Positions 44,573-56,820 of a DNA stretch of 64,000 nucleotides are shown in pieces. The notes below the pieces were generated by a model. That model did no database searches. It was not told the origin of the DNA and was given only the letters and a program-made list of their open reading frames with translations. A program made the position numbers and the translations under genes. This stretch comes from Histomonas meleagridis 2922-C6/04-290x (lineage: Eukaryota > Protista > Parabasalia): the NCBI GenBank assembly GCA_020184695.1, contig JAANOX010000108.1, positions 1 to 64,000 of the forward strand. The letters are read 5' to 3'. The stretch's first letter is position 1. Every line of letters begins with the position of its first letter.

Positions 44573-47500
44573 TTAGATTTTTTCACGGAGTAATTTTACT
44601 ATTTTTGTATAACTTTTTTGTTTTGCTATTTGAATTGCAGTCAAATATTATTAAAACATATTTCAAATTATTAAAACATATTTCAAATTATTAAAACATA
44701 TTTCAAATTATTAAAACATATATTAAATTATTCGAATGAATAGTTTTTGCATTAACATCAATTCCTTTATCTAAAAGTAATTTTACTATTTCTATATTAT
44801 TATTTCTAACTGCTATATGAAGTGCTGTTTCAAATTATTAAAACATATTTCAAAATATTAAAACATATTTCAAATTATTCAAATGAATATTAAATTATTC
44901 GAATTAATAGTTTTTGCGTTAATATCAATTCCTTTATCTAAAAGTAATTTTACAATTTCTATATTATTATTTTCAACTGCTATATGAAGTGCTGTTTCAA
45001 ATTATTAAAACATATATAAAACTATTAAAACATATATAAAACTATTAAAACATATATAAAACTATTAAAACATATATAAAACTATTAAATCATATATAAA
45101 ACTATTAAAACATATTCTAAATTATTAAAACAGATATCAAATTATTAAAACATATTTCAAATTATTAAAACATATATAAAACTATTAAAACATATTTCAA
45201 ATTATTAAAACATATTTCAAATTATTAAAATATATTATAAATTATTAAAATATATTATAAATTATTAAAACATATATTAAATTATTATAACATATTCTAA
45301 ATTATTAAAATATATTATAAATTATTTGAATGAATATATTTTGCATTAACATCAATTCCTTTATCTAAAAGTAATTTTACTATTTCTATATTATTATTTC
45401 TAACTGCTATATGAAGTGCTGTTTCAAATTATTAAAACATATTTCAAATGATTAAAACATATTATAAATTATTAAAACAGATATCAAATTATTAAAACAT
45501 ATATAAAACTATTAAATCATATATAAAACTATTAAAACATATTCTAAATTATTAAAACAGATATCAAATTATTAAAACATATATAAAACTATTAAAACAT
45601 ATATAAAACTATTAAAACATATTTCAAATGATTAAAACATATTATAAATTATTAAAACAGATCCAAAATTATTAAAACATATTTCAAATTATTAAAACAT
45701 ATTTCAAATTATTAAAACATATTTCAAATTATTAAAATATATTATAAATTATTAAAACATATATTAAATTATTATAACATATTCTAAATTATTTGAATGA
45801 ATATATTTTGCATTAACATCAATTCCTTTATCTAAAAGTAATTTTACTATTTCTATATTATTATTTCTAACTGCTATATGAAGTGCTGTTTCAAATTATT
45901 AAAACATATTTCAAATGATTAAAACATATTATAAATTATTAAAACAGATATCAAATTATTAAAACATATTTCAAATTATTAAAACATATTTCAAATTATT
46001 AAAACATATTCTAAATTATTAAAGCAGATCCAAAATTAATAAAACATATTTCAAATTATTAAAACATATATCAAATTATTAAAGCAGATCCAAAATTATT
46101 AAAACATATTTCAAATTATTAAAACATATATAAAATTATTAAAACATATTATAAATTATTAAAACATATTCTAAATTATTAAAACATATTCTAAATTATT
46201 AAAACATATTTCAAATTATTCAAATGAATATTTTTTGCATTAACATCGATTCCTTCTTTATCTAAAAGTAATTTTACTATTTCTATATTATTATTTTCAA
46301 CAGCTATATGAAGTGCTGTTTCAAATTATTAAAACATATTTCAAATTATTAAAACATATAACAAATTATTATAATATATTTCAAATTATTATAACATATA
46401 TCAAATTATTATAACATATATCAAATTATTATAACATATATCAAATTATTATAACATATATCAAATTATTATAACATATATCAAATTATTATAACATATA
46501 TCAAATTATTAAAACATATTCTAAATTATTAAAACATATATTAAATTATTATAACATATTCTAAATTATTTGAATGAATAATTTTTGCATTAACATCAAT
46601 TCCTTTTTGTTCCAAAACATATTTCACAAGTTCAACATATCCTGATTCTGAAGCAAATGGCAAAATATTTTTTGGAGTTTGGTTATTTTGAAGGAAATAT
46701 TGAACGAGATATAAATTTCCATTCCTTGCTGATTCATTTATATTATAAGCATTAACATTAATTCCTTTTTCTTCCAAAAATGCTAAAATTTCATAATTAT
46801 CTTTTTTGATACAAAAACTTACTAAATCATTTGTATCTTCAGACATTTTCAATATTGATTGTGTTTTTTCTAAATTATTTTCATAAAGATATTTAAAAAT
46901 ATCATTTCGATGAAATTCAATTGCTGTTTCATATGCATTATCAAATGATGAATGATTTTGTTCGCATAAATAAATGATTTCAAGATTTCCACCAGCAACT
47001 GCATATTTACCTGTGTTATCTATTTTAGAACCATTCATAAGTAAATATTTAAAACATTTAGTTGACCCAAAAAATGCTGCATAATCAATTAATGTAACAT
47101 TATCTTTATTAATGAATGAACATCTTTCATAAAGTGATGGCTCAATTTTCTGGTTAAAATCAAAGTTTGTTTGTGATGACATTTCTTGAAGTTTTTCTAT
47201 TTCATCATTTCGAATTATTTTTGCAATTTCATTTGGATTATGTGCTTCTTTAATTAATTTCTTATGAAGCTCCCATTCATTCCTCGAAAGTTCTTCATAA
47301 TTTTTTTGAATATATTCAGTAAATTTATAATCCCCTAATTCGTTAATTATTTCATTTGGCATGTATTGCACAAAATATCCTTGAGAAGCAATCGAGTTTT
47401 TTATATTTTTAATGATTTTTTTATCAAGTAAATTATCTTCAATCATTTCTGCAAGAAGATAACATGATTCTTGTGTATTTTTACAAACAAGGAAATGTCC

Positions 47501-47791
47501 ATATATATCAAAAATGTCAATTTCTTTATGAATGTTCATTTCTATTTTTTTGATTTCTTTAAGAAAATCCAAATATAAATTAATATCTTTCATTCCCATG
47601 ATAGCAATTGCATATGTAATCCTAACAATAATTAAATTAAAAGATAATGGAAAAATATTATCAAATTTACTTATGATTGATTTTGAAGTTTGAGTAATGT
47701 TTTCTTTGTTTAAATTGATTATTAAATTCTTGATATATATTAATTTTTCCAATTCGTTTTCATGGGTTTTGCTTTTTGCTTGAGATTCCAT
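44573..47791 (-). CDS. DUF3447 plus ankyrin-repeat protein with 75 17-nt elements in six hairpin loops (decoded 647 aa)
   Basis: ATG 47791 (MESQ). The frame is continuous to 46580, then runs of 13, 17, 19, 17, 4 and 5 [17-nt + codon] units alternate with ankyrin cores (TALHIAV.NNNIEIVKLLLDK.GID.NAK), ending …LLREKI* at 44575-44573. (3219 - 75x17)/3 = 648 codons with no internal stop. Confidence 0.8.
44642..46579 (-). repeat. 20-nt period arrays (ATATGTTTTAATAATTT + variable triplet) nested in ankyrin hairpins
   Basis: Blocks 46579-46320 (260 nt), 46229-45890 (340), 45802-45423 (380), 45335-44996 (340), 44908-44829 (80) and 44741-44642 (100) are all exact multiples of 20. Confidence 0.95.
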
Positions 47792-47929
47792 ACGAAATGC
47801 CACTTTTAGTATTAAATACAATATGTAGTTTACATAATCGTTTTCATCTCAAATACAATTCAAAGCTTTGAAACAAACTGAACACAAATCAAAGTGTTCA
47901 TTTCAGGAATGAGCAATTTAAAAATCTTT

Positions 47930-48340
47930 GTTAAATTATTGATTGTGTAAAAATATATTTGAAAATTATTCAAACAAATATCAAAGAAAACAAATAAATA
48001 TCTTTTGCATTAATATCAATTCCTATAAGATTTAAAACATTTATAACTTGTTGAATGTTTCCTGATATTGCTAAATAAATTAATATATTATTTGAAATTT
48101 GATTTTCTTAAATAAAAGATATATGTTCCCAATACGTGCTGATTTATTAATTATAGAATCATTGATTTTCATTCCTTCTTTTACTTAATAAACATTAAAA
48201 TTTCATAGTCATAATAAAAAACGAAATCAGTGCCTAATTTTTCTATATCACTAATTGCACCAATTTTATTTTCATAAATCTATTTGAAAATAAGGTTGTA
48301 CTGTGTTCTATAAAAATATTCCTATCAGCATTTATAAAAA
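47930..48340 (-). pseudogene. Decayed DUF3447/ankyrin fragment ending in 17-nt elements
   Basis: Frameshifted remnants (IFL*NTVQPYFQ, YDYEILMF, GIDINAKD) followed by ATTTATTTGTTTTCTTT|GAT|ATTTGTTTGAATAATTT|TCA. Confidence 0.6.
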
Positions 48341-48745
48341 TTCTCAAATTTACCCTATCGGATTTCATGGAACAAACACTATTGTTTATTTGTGAATAAC
48401 GCGATCAAGTTGAGTGTACTAAGGATGCATATGCATGAGAAGGAGAGGGTCAACAAACCCAAAATGGTCCATGGGAGTTCTTCTTTTGCTCTGATGTTGC
48501 TAATTATTAATAAATTGAAATATTTTCTGTTATACGAATAAATATATTGAAATAAATTTGAAAATAATATGGAATAGAATGATGATTTTAAAAAGGAACT
48601 TTGAATAATATTTTTTTTTTCAAATGACACAAGATGATATAATCACAAAAGATGTTATATCAGATTACGGTCTCTACAAGTTTTATTTAAAATTTGCATA
48701 TAAGGGGTAAATTTTATTATTCAATTTTTTGAAATATATAAATTC

Positions 48746-49573
48746 TCAAAGAAATGTTGCGATGTCCTTATACACTCCTTCAAATCCACAATAATTTATA
48801 TCATTGTCTCGTTTGGTAAAGATTGGATGAACAATCAAATCAAAATATTTACCAAGACATTCATCAACTAGTAACTGACGAAATATTAATGCAACTCTTG
48901 TTGGAGAGTTTCGAAACACCCCACAGCCAAAAGCTCCAAGGACCAAAACTTTACATCTATTTTCAATAGCTCGATGAATAATTTTTCGGCATCTCACAAG
49001 CATTGTATTATTGACTTCTTCCTGTGTATTTCTCCCTGTGTTGTTTGGAGCTGGAGCGGTGATTATCGAAACTTGATATGGATCATCAAGAAATTCTCCA
49101 TTGTCTTTTCTAAATACCACGACGTTCGGCGAGTATATCATATAGTCGCTGTAAAGATGAGAACCATTGGCTTGGTTGAATTGATACATTTTTTGATGAA
49201 TAATTTGAGTTGAATATAAACATGAACAACGGCATAACATTTCTTCTTGACCCTGGGCGCCGTTAAGAAATCCACCTCCTGGCTTTCTTCCTGATGCAAA
49301 GTTTAAACAAGTAACATTATCTCTATTCTCTTTTCGAATCAGTCGATAGCATGCCTCAAAGGTTGACTCTTTAGTAACCTGTATAACTCCTGCTCTGTTT
49401 GGGCATTGTGGTAATTGCGAAATTTGATCAGGTTCATAGAGAATAGAATTATGAATTGAATATTCAACTTGATCTTTAATCATGTGAACTTCTCCGCTTG
49501 GTGATGTATAACATCCATTTTTAATTACATTCATTGTTTCTTCTGCTTCAGCTTTAAAGAGATTCCTTTTCAT
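48746..49573 (-). CDS. Microbial-type poly(ADP-ribose) glycohydrolase (DUF2263/TIGR02452 macrodomain family)
   Basis: LNFASGRKPGGGFLNGAQGQEEMLCRCSCLY (GGG-X6-8-QEE motif), YSDYMIYSP.V.VFR, SIITAPAPN, LVLGAFGCGVFRN.P. Confidence 0.85.
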   Translation of the reverse strand: MKRNLFKAEAEETMNVIKNGCYTSPSGEVHMIKDQVEYSIHNSILYEPDQISQLPQCPNRAGVIQVTKESTFEACYRLIRKENRDNVTCLNFASGRKPGGGFLNGAQGQEEMLCRCSCLYSTQIIHQKMYQFNQANGSHLYSDYMIYSPNVVVFRKDNGEFLDDPYQVSIITAPAPNNTGRNTQEEVNNTMLVRCRKIIHRAIENRCKVLVLGAFGCGVFRNSPTRVALIFRQLLVDECLGKYFDLIVHPIFTKRDNDINYCGFEGVYKDIATFL

Positions 49574-50059
49574 TAAAAAGTGATGTGAAGAAAATTTTTT
49601 TTTGATAATATGTACATATTATGATTTAAATCGTTTAAAAAGTTGAATTTTTGAATTAAAATATTGCCAACGATATTTGAAGCTCGATGCCCAGCCGAAT
49701 TGAATGTCAGCATAGGAAGTGGTGGAATTTTGAAAGGTCACGTACGCTAAGGAAACAAATTTTTCGCATACAGCTTTGTCCTTGATAGATAAAAACCTTC
49801 CCTATTCAGCTCCTGCTTTCTCTAATCTATCTTTCTATATCCTTTGTATGATTATGCTTAGTCAACAAATTCCATTTTTTTTTAAATACCGCAAGAGTAG
49901 TTCCGATTCAACACTTTTCAAAAGATTTTTTCAATACAATTTTGTTAATGATATTGCTATTTATTCCAAACATTATGCATTTTTGAATTTCTTCTGATAG
50001 GTTCCAATATTGGAAGAACGATAAAACTTTTTGTAAGCTATCTTTTTTACTTTTCACTT

Positions 50060-50370
50060 ATGGTTTTGAGCTTACAATAAATATCCTCCTTTTCAATATC
50101 AATTCCTTCTTGTTCAAGAAGGATTTTAGCAATTTCCACTTGGTAATGAGTTGATGCACGCATAAGAGCTGTATAAAATAATTTGAATGTTATCCATTTA
50201 TTATTTATAAATATCAAATTTTAAAAATGTAATTTTTATTTTAAATATAAATATTTTTGTCATTGATATTAATTCCTTTTTGGGCAAGGAGTAATTGAAC
50301 TATATCTAATTTACCATTAATTGTTGCAAACATAAGTGCTGTGTTAAATAATATATATTATCACAATAGT
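50060..50370 (-). pseudogene. Two-repeat ankyrin remnant joined by an intact four-element spacer
   Basis: TALMFATINGKLDIVQLLLAQKGININDK, an 83-nt spacer decoding to N-K-D-G-Y, then TALMRASTHYQVEIAKILLEQEGIDIEK. Confidence 0.75.
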
Positions 50371-50657
50371 ATTTAGGTTTATTCTTATATTCGGATATTT
50401 TAGAAAAATATCTAAGTAAACGTTTTAATGCAGCACATGAAGAACAAATAAATCCGACTTATCGAGTTTTCCGTTAATAATTTCAATTGAAAGTATTGTA
50501 TTAAATGTATTCCATTATTGAATATTTAAATATATTTAAATAATGAAATCAATGAATTCTTTAAACTTACTTTCATAATACTTAAAAGATTAATATTCGG
50601 AAATCGTTTACATAAATTTAAACAAAATTGTCGCTTTAATGATCAATTGTTTGCTGC

Positions 50658-51200
50658 TCAGATCGTTTTCATGCTAATTTGATCATCCAGCCAATCCAAT
50701 CCTTCGTATATGCCATCTCCTGTTTGTGCAGATATTCCTTGAATTTTCCATGGACGATCTTTAATCGAGTTAAGTTGTAATATATTCGACATTTCATTTG
50801 GCCCTATTGCATTCGGAAGATCTTGCTTACTTGCATATACAAGTAAAACACAATCACGTAATTCATCATTTTTTAAAAGTAAAAAAAGTTCATCTTTTGC
50901 TTCCTCAATTCTTTCACCATCAGCAGAATCTACAACAAAAACAATTCCTTGCGAATTTTGAAAATAATGATTCCAAAGTTCTCGAATTCTACATGCTCCT
51001 TGGAGATCAAAACAATATATATCGGATCCTTTGTATTTAGTAGTTTTAACATTGAACCCAATAGTTGGAATTATTGTTATTGCTGAATCTCCAAGTTTAA
51101 GTTTGCGCAATATTGTTGTTTTTCCCGCACCAGAAATTCCAAGTAAAAGTATTTTTGTTTCCCTATTTGCGCCAAAAGAATTACTAAAGGCAGATCCCAT
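50658..51200 (-). CDS. ADP-ribosylation factor (Arf) family GTPase, divergent
   Basis: MGSAFS myristoylation start, [70 protein letters not shown]. Confidence 0.88.
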   Translation of the reverse strand: MGSAFSNSFGANRETKILLLGISGAGKTTILRKLKLGDSAITIIPTIGFNVKTTKYKGSDIYCFDLQGACRIRELWNHYFQNSQGIVFVVDSADGERIEEAKDELFLLLKNDELRDCVLLVYASKQDLPNAIGPNEMSNILQLNSIKDRPWKIQGISAQTGDGIYEGLDWLDDQISMKTI

Positions 51201-52022
51201 TCAAATGAAAATTGGAAGCCGATACGGTTAACGTTTATTCACGAAATATAAAGCATTTTATTTCATAAGACGCTGTCAACCAAATAAACGGTCGTTTTAA
51301 AACAAAAAATTAATTTTTTTTCATTTTCCTCTGAATCAAATTTAAAGAAATTAAAAAAAAATTATTATATATAACAAATTTAATAAAATTAATTTGGCTA
51401 GATTTTGTTATCTTATTTGTTTATGATCAATCTCGAATATTTCAAAATGCTTTTTTGGGCTTTAGGATAAATTACAGAAGTTAAAATTCAAAATATAAAT
51501 AGTACCAATAATAGTCAATATAAGTTTATATAAATTTTTTTTAATTTTCATCTTGTTTTCGAGTTATACAAGATTTTCTATATCTAATGACCAGTGCAAA
51601 AACTCAAAAATCTGTCTTCGCAAATTTTTATAATTTATTTGTTATGGATAATTATTGTAGCAGTTTATTCATTATTAGAGGCTCTGGACAAAGAAGTAAA
51701 ATGACTTTTTGAATTGATTATGCGGTTACAAATCCATCAAGATTTGAATGGGTAGTCAAATTTTAATACTTTACCAAAAAAAAATTGAAAGCAAATCCAT
51801 CAAACAGAAAATGTCGAGTTCCGAGACGGGTGAGCAATGCTCACAAGAAAAGTCAGAAAATATAGTGATTAGTTACCTAATCATAAGCGACAGTAACATT
51901 TTCAAAAAATACAAAAATTATCAATTCGATGATAAGATTAAAATTTTTTTTTCCTGCCAACTATTCTTAGTAAAATTATTAATTCATCCCAGTTCTACAC
52001 CATTATAGTCAAAAAATTTGAT

Positions 52023-54359
52023 ATGATTCAATTATATCAAAATTTATCTGCAATTCATCACTTTCTGTTACATCATAATTCATTATTAAATGGAAGACCA
52101 AATCAAAACAAAAAATGGTCAAATGATGAAATTTTTTGTTTATTATTCAAACTCGTATTAACAATTAACAGATCAAATATTAAAATACCGACTAGATCAG
52201 AAAATGCATGTAGAACTAAAATTTCTTCGATAATTAATTTAGTGAACAACACATCTTTATTCGAATGTTACCCTATTTCATATGAAATTCAAAGTAATTA
52301 TGATGAGGATAGAGTTGATAATGATGAAACTCAAAGTAATCACGATGAGGATAGAGTTGATAATAATGAAATTCAAGTTAATGCATATGAAATCGAAAGT
52401 ATAAAATTTATATACACAGCACACCAGAAAAAAAGAAAGATTAGGGAAAAAGTTCAAAAAAATTGTTAAAGAATAAAATGGAATTTATGAGATCTCAGAA
52501 AAAAACAAAAAATATTAAACAAAATCCAATAATTAAGTTAGCCTTAAACGACTTTAGTGATAAAAATAAAATACGAAAATATGATGATGATTTTGAACAT
52601 GTAATTCATCAGTGTCGAAATGTTTTAGGACTTGGTCGTCATAAAGTTTATGATGATAGAACAAAAGAGTATTGGATCAATGAATATATTTTAGGTTCTA
52701 AATCTTTTGGATTTTACCGTAATTCATTTCAAGGTCCATCAATAAATTCAATTAAAAAATGGATAAAGGAATCATTCATACCATCTTTTGAAGAATTTAT
52801 AAATATTGATAATATAATTAGAATTTATTTATTTTGGAAAAATCTCTATAACATCGACACTACAACTGCAACCCTCTCTATTGATGCAATGAAAGTCGAT
52901 GAGGATTTGATTTTTAATAAAAATGGAAATGTTACAGGTATATTAGAACCAATTGTTTTAAAATATAAACCTGATGACTATCGTCGAGACATTAATCTTT
53001 ATAAAGAATTATGGAAAGAAAACGTAGACAAAAATAATCTTATTGGAGGAATGTTTGTTTTTACAATTTGTCCTCACTCTGCAACACCATCCTTCCCTAT
53101 TCATGTATATCTTTCAAATAATGGTGCAGCAGATGATAAAGTTGATAAATAAATAGAAGAAATTTGTATAAAATTGAAAGCTGTTAATTTAAATATTACA
53201 ATAATATCAACTGACTCTGATACCCATTATAAAAGCAAATTTGGAGAACAATTCAATGAAATATCAAAAGAATTTACAAATAATCCATATTTGGACGAAT
53301 TTTCAATTCCTACACAAACATATTCGAATGATATGGCCCATTTGTTAAAAAGGGCCAGAAAAAGACTTGTTAAAAAAAACAATTTATTTGTATGTAAAAA
53401 TGATCAAATAAATTTTCAAAAGAAACATCAAAATGTTAATGTAGTTTATATTGATTTAATTAAGAGTTTTGATATTACGCTTACTGATTGTTTTTTCAAA
53501 AATAGTAGTCACGATGCAATGGATGACTTTTATCAGAATGCAATTTTTAATGGAAGAACATTAGAAAATGCTATTCATAACAAACATTGGGCTTCAGTTT
53601 TATATCTCTTGCCAATGACATGCATGAATAGGATTTTACGAGATAAAACTGTGTGTAGGAGAGAGAGAACAATTTGAACATATGTTGGTTTATTTATCAT
53701 GTACTTTTATTGGGCAGGATTGAAGTTACAAGGGTCCTTACAAAACAAAGAGTTGAAAAAAGAAAACTTTATTTCTATTATCTCAATGAATTTTTGTGTT
53801 GATTGTTTTAATGCTTTTTTTGCTGTTTTATTAGGGATTAGGAATATAAAAGACAAATGTAGTTTATCTAGAATAGGAACCATTAAATCAGAACATTTTT
53901 TTGCACTTCTTAGAAATAAAGCAGGAAATAAGCAAACCATAGAATCCATAAAACGGGCATTTGATCGCATTGTTATTTCTAGAAAATACAATTGTGAATG
54001 AAAGAATTTCAAGAAGAATGTTTGAAACTGGGATATTGGAAGAAGGAAATTTTGTACTTACAAACGAAGAAGTTTGGAATTGTAAAGTATTTTCACTGAA
54101 GTTATTATATTTATGTGGACAAGTTTTTCCAAGAGAAAGTGCTGCTTATAATCTGTTACAAGATGTTGATAACGAATCTATAAACTCAAATTTTAATGAG
54201 TGGGATGCTAGTTTAATTGATAGCCTAACTAAAGAAGTGACATTTACTAATGGGAATGCAAATCAAAATTGGATTCTGACTGCTTCAAAACACAGATTGA
54301 CCAATAAAGTTGGAAGAAACATTGCTTCCAGGTATTATACGAAATTAAACAGTAAGTAA
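52023..54359 (+). mobile_element. Fragmented P-element/THAP9-like transposase pseudogene
   Basis: Five collinear ORF pieces with LSIDAMKVDE, ISTDSD, SNDMAHLLKRARKRL (DxxH) and IKSEHFFALLR, matching the P-type DDE layout; interrupted by stops and frameshifts. Confidence 0.65.
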
Positions 54360-55017
54360 AACTACTTTTCAATATTTCTTTAATAATGCTTGTGTGTATA
54401 AGCCTCTGGCTTAGCTGTGGCTGATTGATAAATTGTGTTGTTTTGACTTAGACGATCATTTTTAGTTCAAAAAGTGTATTGTATTGCATACAAATTTAAA
54501 TGGAAAGTGACTAAATTCAAAGGAAATGAAATTTTTAGAAAATTATTTTATCTTTATAAAAATTTGTCTGCTGTCCTCATATGTTATATATTGGAATGTA
54601 CTAATATGCATATTACAAATAATTTCAAAATTAAAAATAAATCTATAAAAGGGAAAGTTGGTTGACACTGTCTTGATTTCATATGATCATAAAATGTATC
54701 TCATATTAGAAAAAAAATTACCAACAACGATTTCGTTGTCAAATAAATAGTAATTTTTATGAAAAATAAATATGAAGGGTATGATGAATGGTGCTCCCGG
54801 ATTTGAAAGGAATTGAACGTATCGGATTTATCGATTTTGTAAACCATGCAAATAAAACATGTTTTTCAATGCTTATTCAATTATTTTCATGTTTGTGAGA
54901 AAATATTTGCTCATTCAATTGTGTTCAATATTCGAATTCTTCACTAAGATTGAATGAAGTCTTTACTTTTTGAATACTATTAATTCAAATTCCCCACGGT
55001 TGTAGGACAGTACCGTC

Positions 55018-55200
55018 GATCATTTGACTGGAGCTCACACACAGCACATTGAGCGTATATGGCGTGAGCTTAAATAGATCAACAAAAGGTACGAAGGCAT
55101 ACCAAGATCCATGGTCGCAGTACACCTTGCTGAGTTCATTTTTCGTAGAAATGAACTGCACAAATTTGATGATCCACTTGCTGCTGCATTGAACCTAATG
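55018..55200 (+). mobile_element. Merlin/IS1595 (ISXO2-like) transposase C-terminal remnant
   Basis: DHLTGAHTQHIERIWRELK*INKRYEGIPRSMVAVHLAEFIFRRN matches the HTQxIExxW…YxG…HLxEFxFR pattern. Confidence 0.75.
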
Positions 55201-55919
55201 AGAAACACGGTTTTTTATCCAAACGAAGTAGAATTTTTTGAGTAAACATTCAATAATAAATGAAATGATGAATTTAACATCTATTGCCTCTTGCAAAATT
55301 TCGTTTGTGAAATGGTTCGGACAATATCGGGGCATGGAGGTGATAACGAGAAAATAAACAAAATTATCCGTCGCATCATGCGGATTAGTTCTCATTAATA
55401 TGAATTTATTTTTGGGAAAATATATTTCCAATGACTTATATTTATTAGTGTTGCAAATAACATATCATGACATTTTAATTTTTTCACAAAATGAATTCGA
55501 GATTATTATATCATTGGCTACGTGTCAAAATATTTTTCTATACGTATTCAAAAAATTGTATCGTATTTTACAACAAAAATTATGAATTAAAAATCAAGAA
55601 TTTTACAAATTATTTTTGATTATAGATATATTATATGACTGACAACGATCTAAAATCCTGTGCGCATGTAATGTGTAATGATATGTATACTTATAATTGT
55701 TTTTCCCAAATCATCAAAATTACATATATTTATATTTCATCATAACCTGATAACTCAATCATGATAGATGTATGGTGCAAAATACAATTTATTTATGATA
55801 GAATAATTAATATTATTTCATTAATTTTCTAGAAATTAATATATTTTATATATACCTAATTTATTTTTTCGCAAAAAATTAAAACGCCGATCATAATCGA
55901 GAGCCTATCCAAAACATCC

Positions 55920-56820
55920 CAATGAGTAGGAAAGTACCGAAGCATTTGTCGAATATATAGAAATGAACAACAGAATAGTGAGCATCCCATCAGAAGAAGC
56001 TTCAAATAATAACCATCTTGATTCTTATGCTTCATTATTCATTTCAGACAAAATGAATCACGAATTAGAAAGTTTAGGACTTACAAATCCATCGCCCAAA
56101 AATGACGAATGATATGAAACACCAACCAATTTCATTAACTTTTTAAATAACTTGAAAGGAAGAAACATCACTGAATTTAATGATTTAAAGACAACAATAA
56201 AAGATGAATCAATTAAAAATATTTGCCCATTTACATGTAGCGATTCGAATCTACATCAGAAAAATGTCAATATATATTATATGAAATTCGTATGCAGGTT
56301 TCATACAAAGAAATTATATGAATATCCTGCGACTTTTACAATTAAAATACGAAAAATATAATTTTTTCGATTAATTATGAAAACCTTTATCATTGTCATA
56401 GTCTCGATAATCTTTTCGTAGAAAGCAAGTTTCCCCTTTTAACTTCAAATCAAAAAGATAAAATGAAAAAAGAAGCAAGATTTGGAATGCCTACAAATCT
56501 CATTCGCCGTTTAAATCCAACCAATTTTTTTGCCTGGACAATTGTATAATATTATTAGAAATGATAAAAATAAACAATTTGAAAATGAAATTGAAAATCT
56601 TTATCAATATACACAAAAATGTAAGGGAGAATGTGACATTGTTTGGAAAAATGATAAAAATAATAAATTTGATAGTCTATTGATGATAAACTCGAGAACA
56701 AAATACTTTTCTTATGCAAGAGATATTGTTGCAATAGATGATACTGAATGCATCAATAGATTTCATTATCCTTTTTTACCCTTTTATGTATATGATGAGA
56801 ATAATAAAAAATAATTTTAA
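55920..56820 (+). mobile_element. Mutator-like (MULE) transposase remnant
   Basis: Broken frames with CRFH…YEYPATF, HCHSLD and DIVAIDDTECINRFHYPFLPFYVYDENN (first catalytic D region of MULEs). Confidence 0.6.

Noticed and set aside
44642-46579. Neutral AT-rich minisatellite
   Set aside because: Blocks are exact multiples of 20 placed precisely at codon boundaries in ankyrin hairpins, use the same 17-nt element type as other loci, and decode without stops.
51592-54669. CAGTG…CACTG as terminal inverted repeats of the P-like element
   Set aside because: The match does not extend beyond about 5 bp and no target-site duplication is evident.
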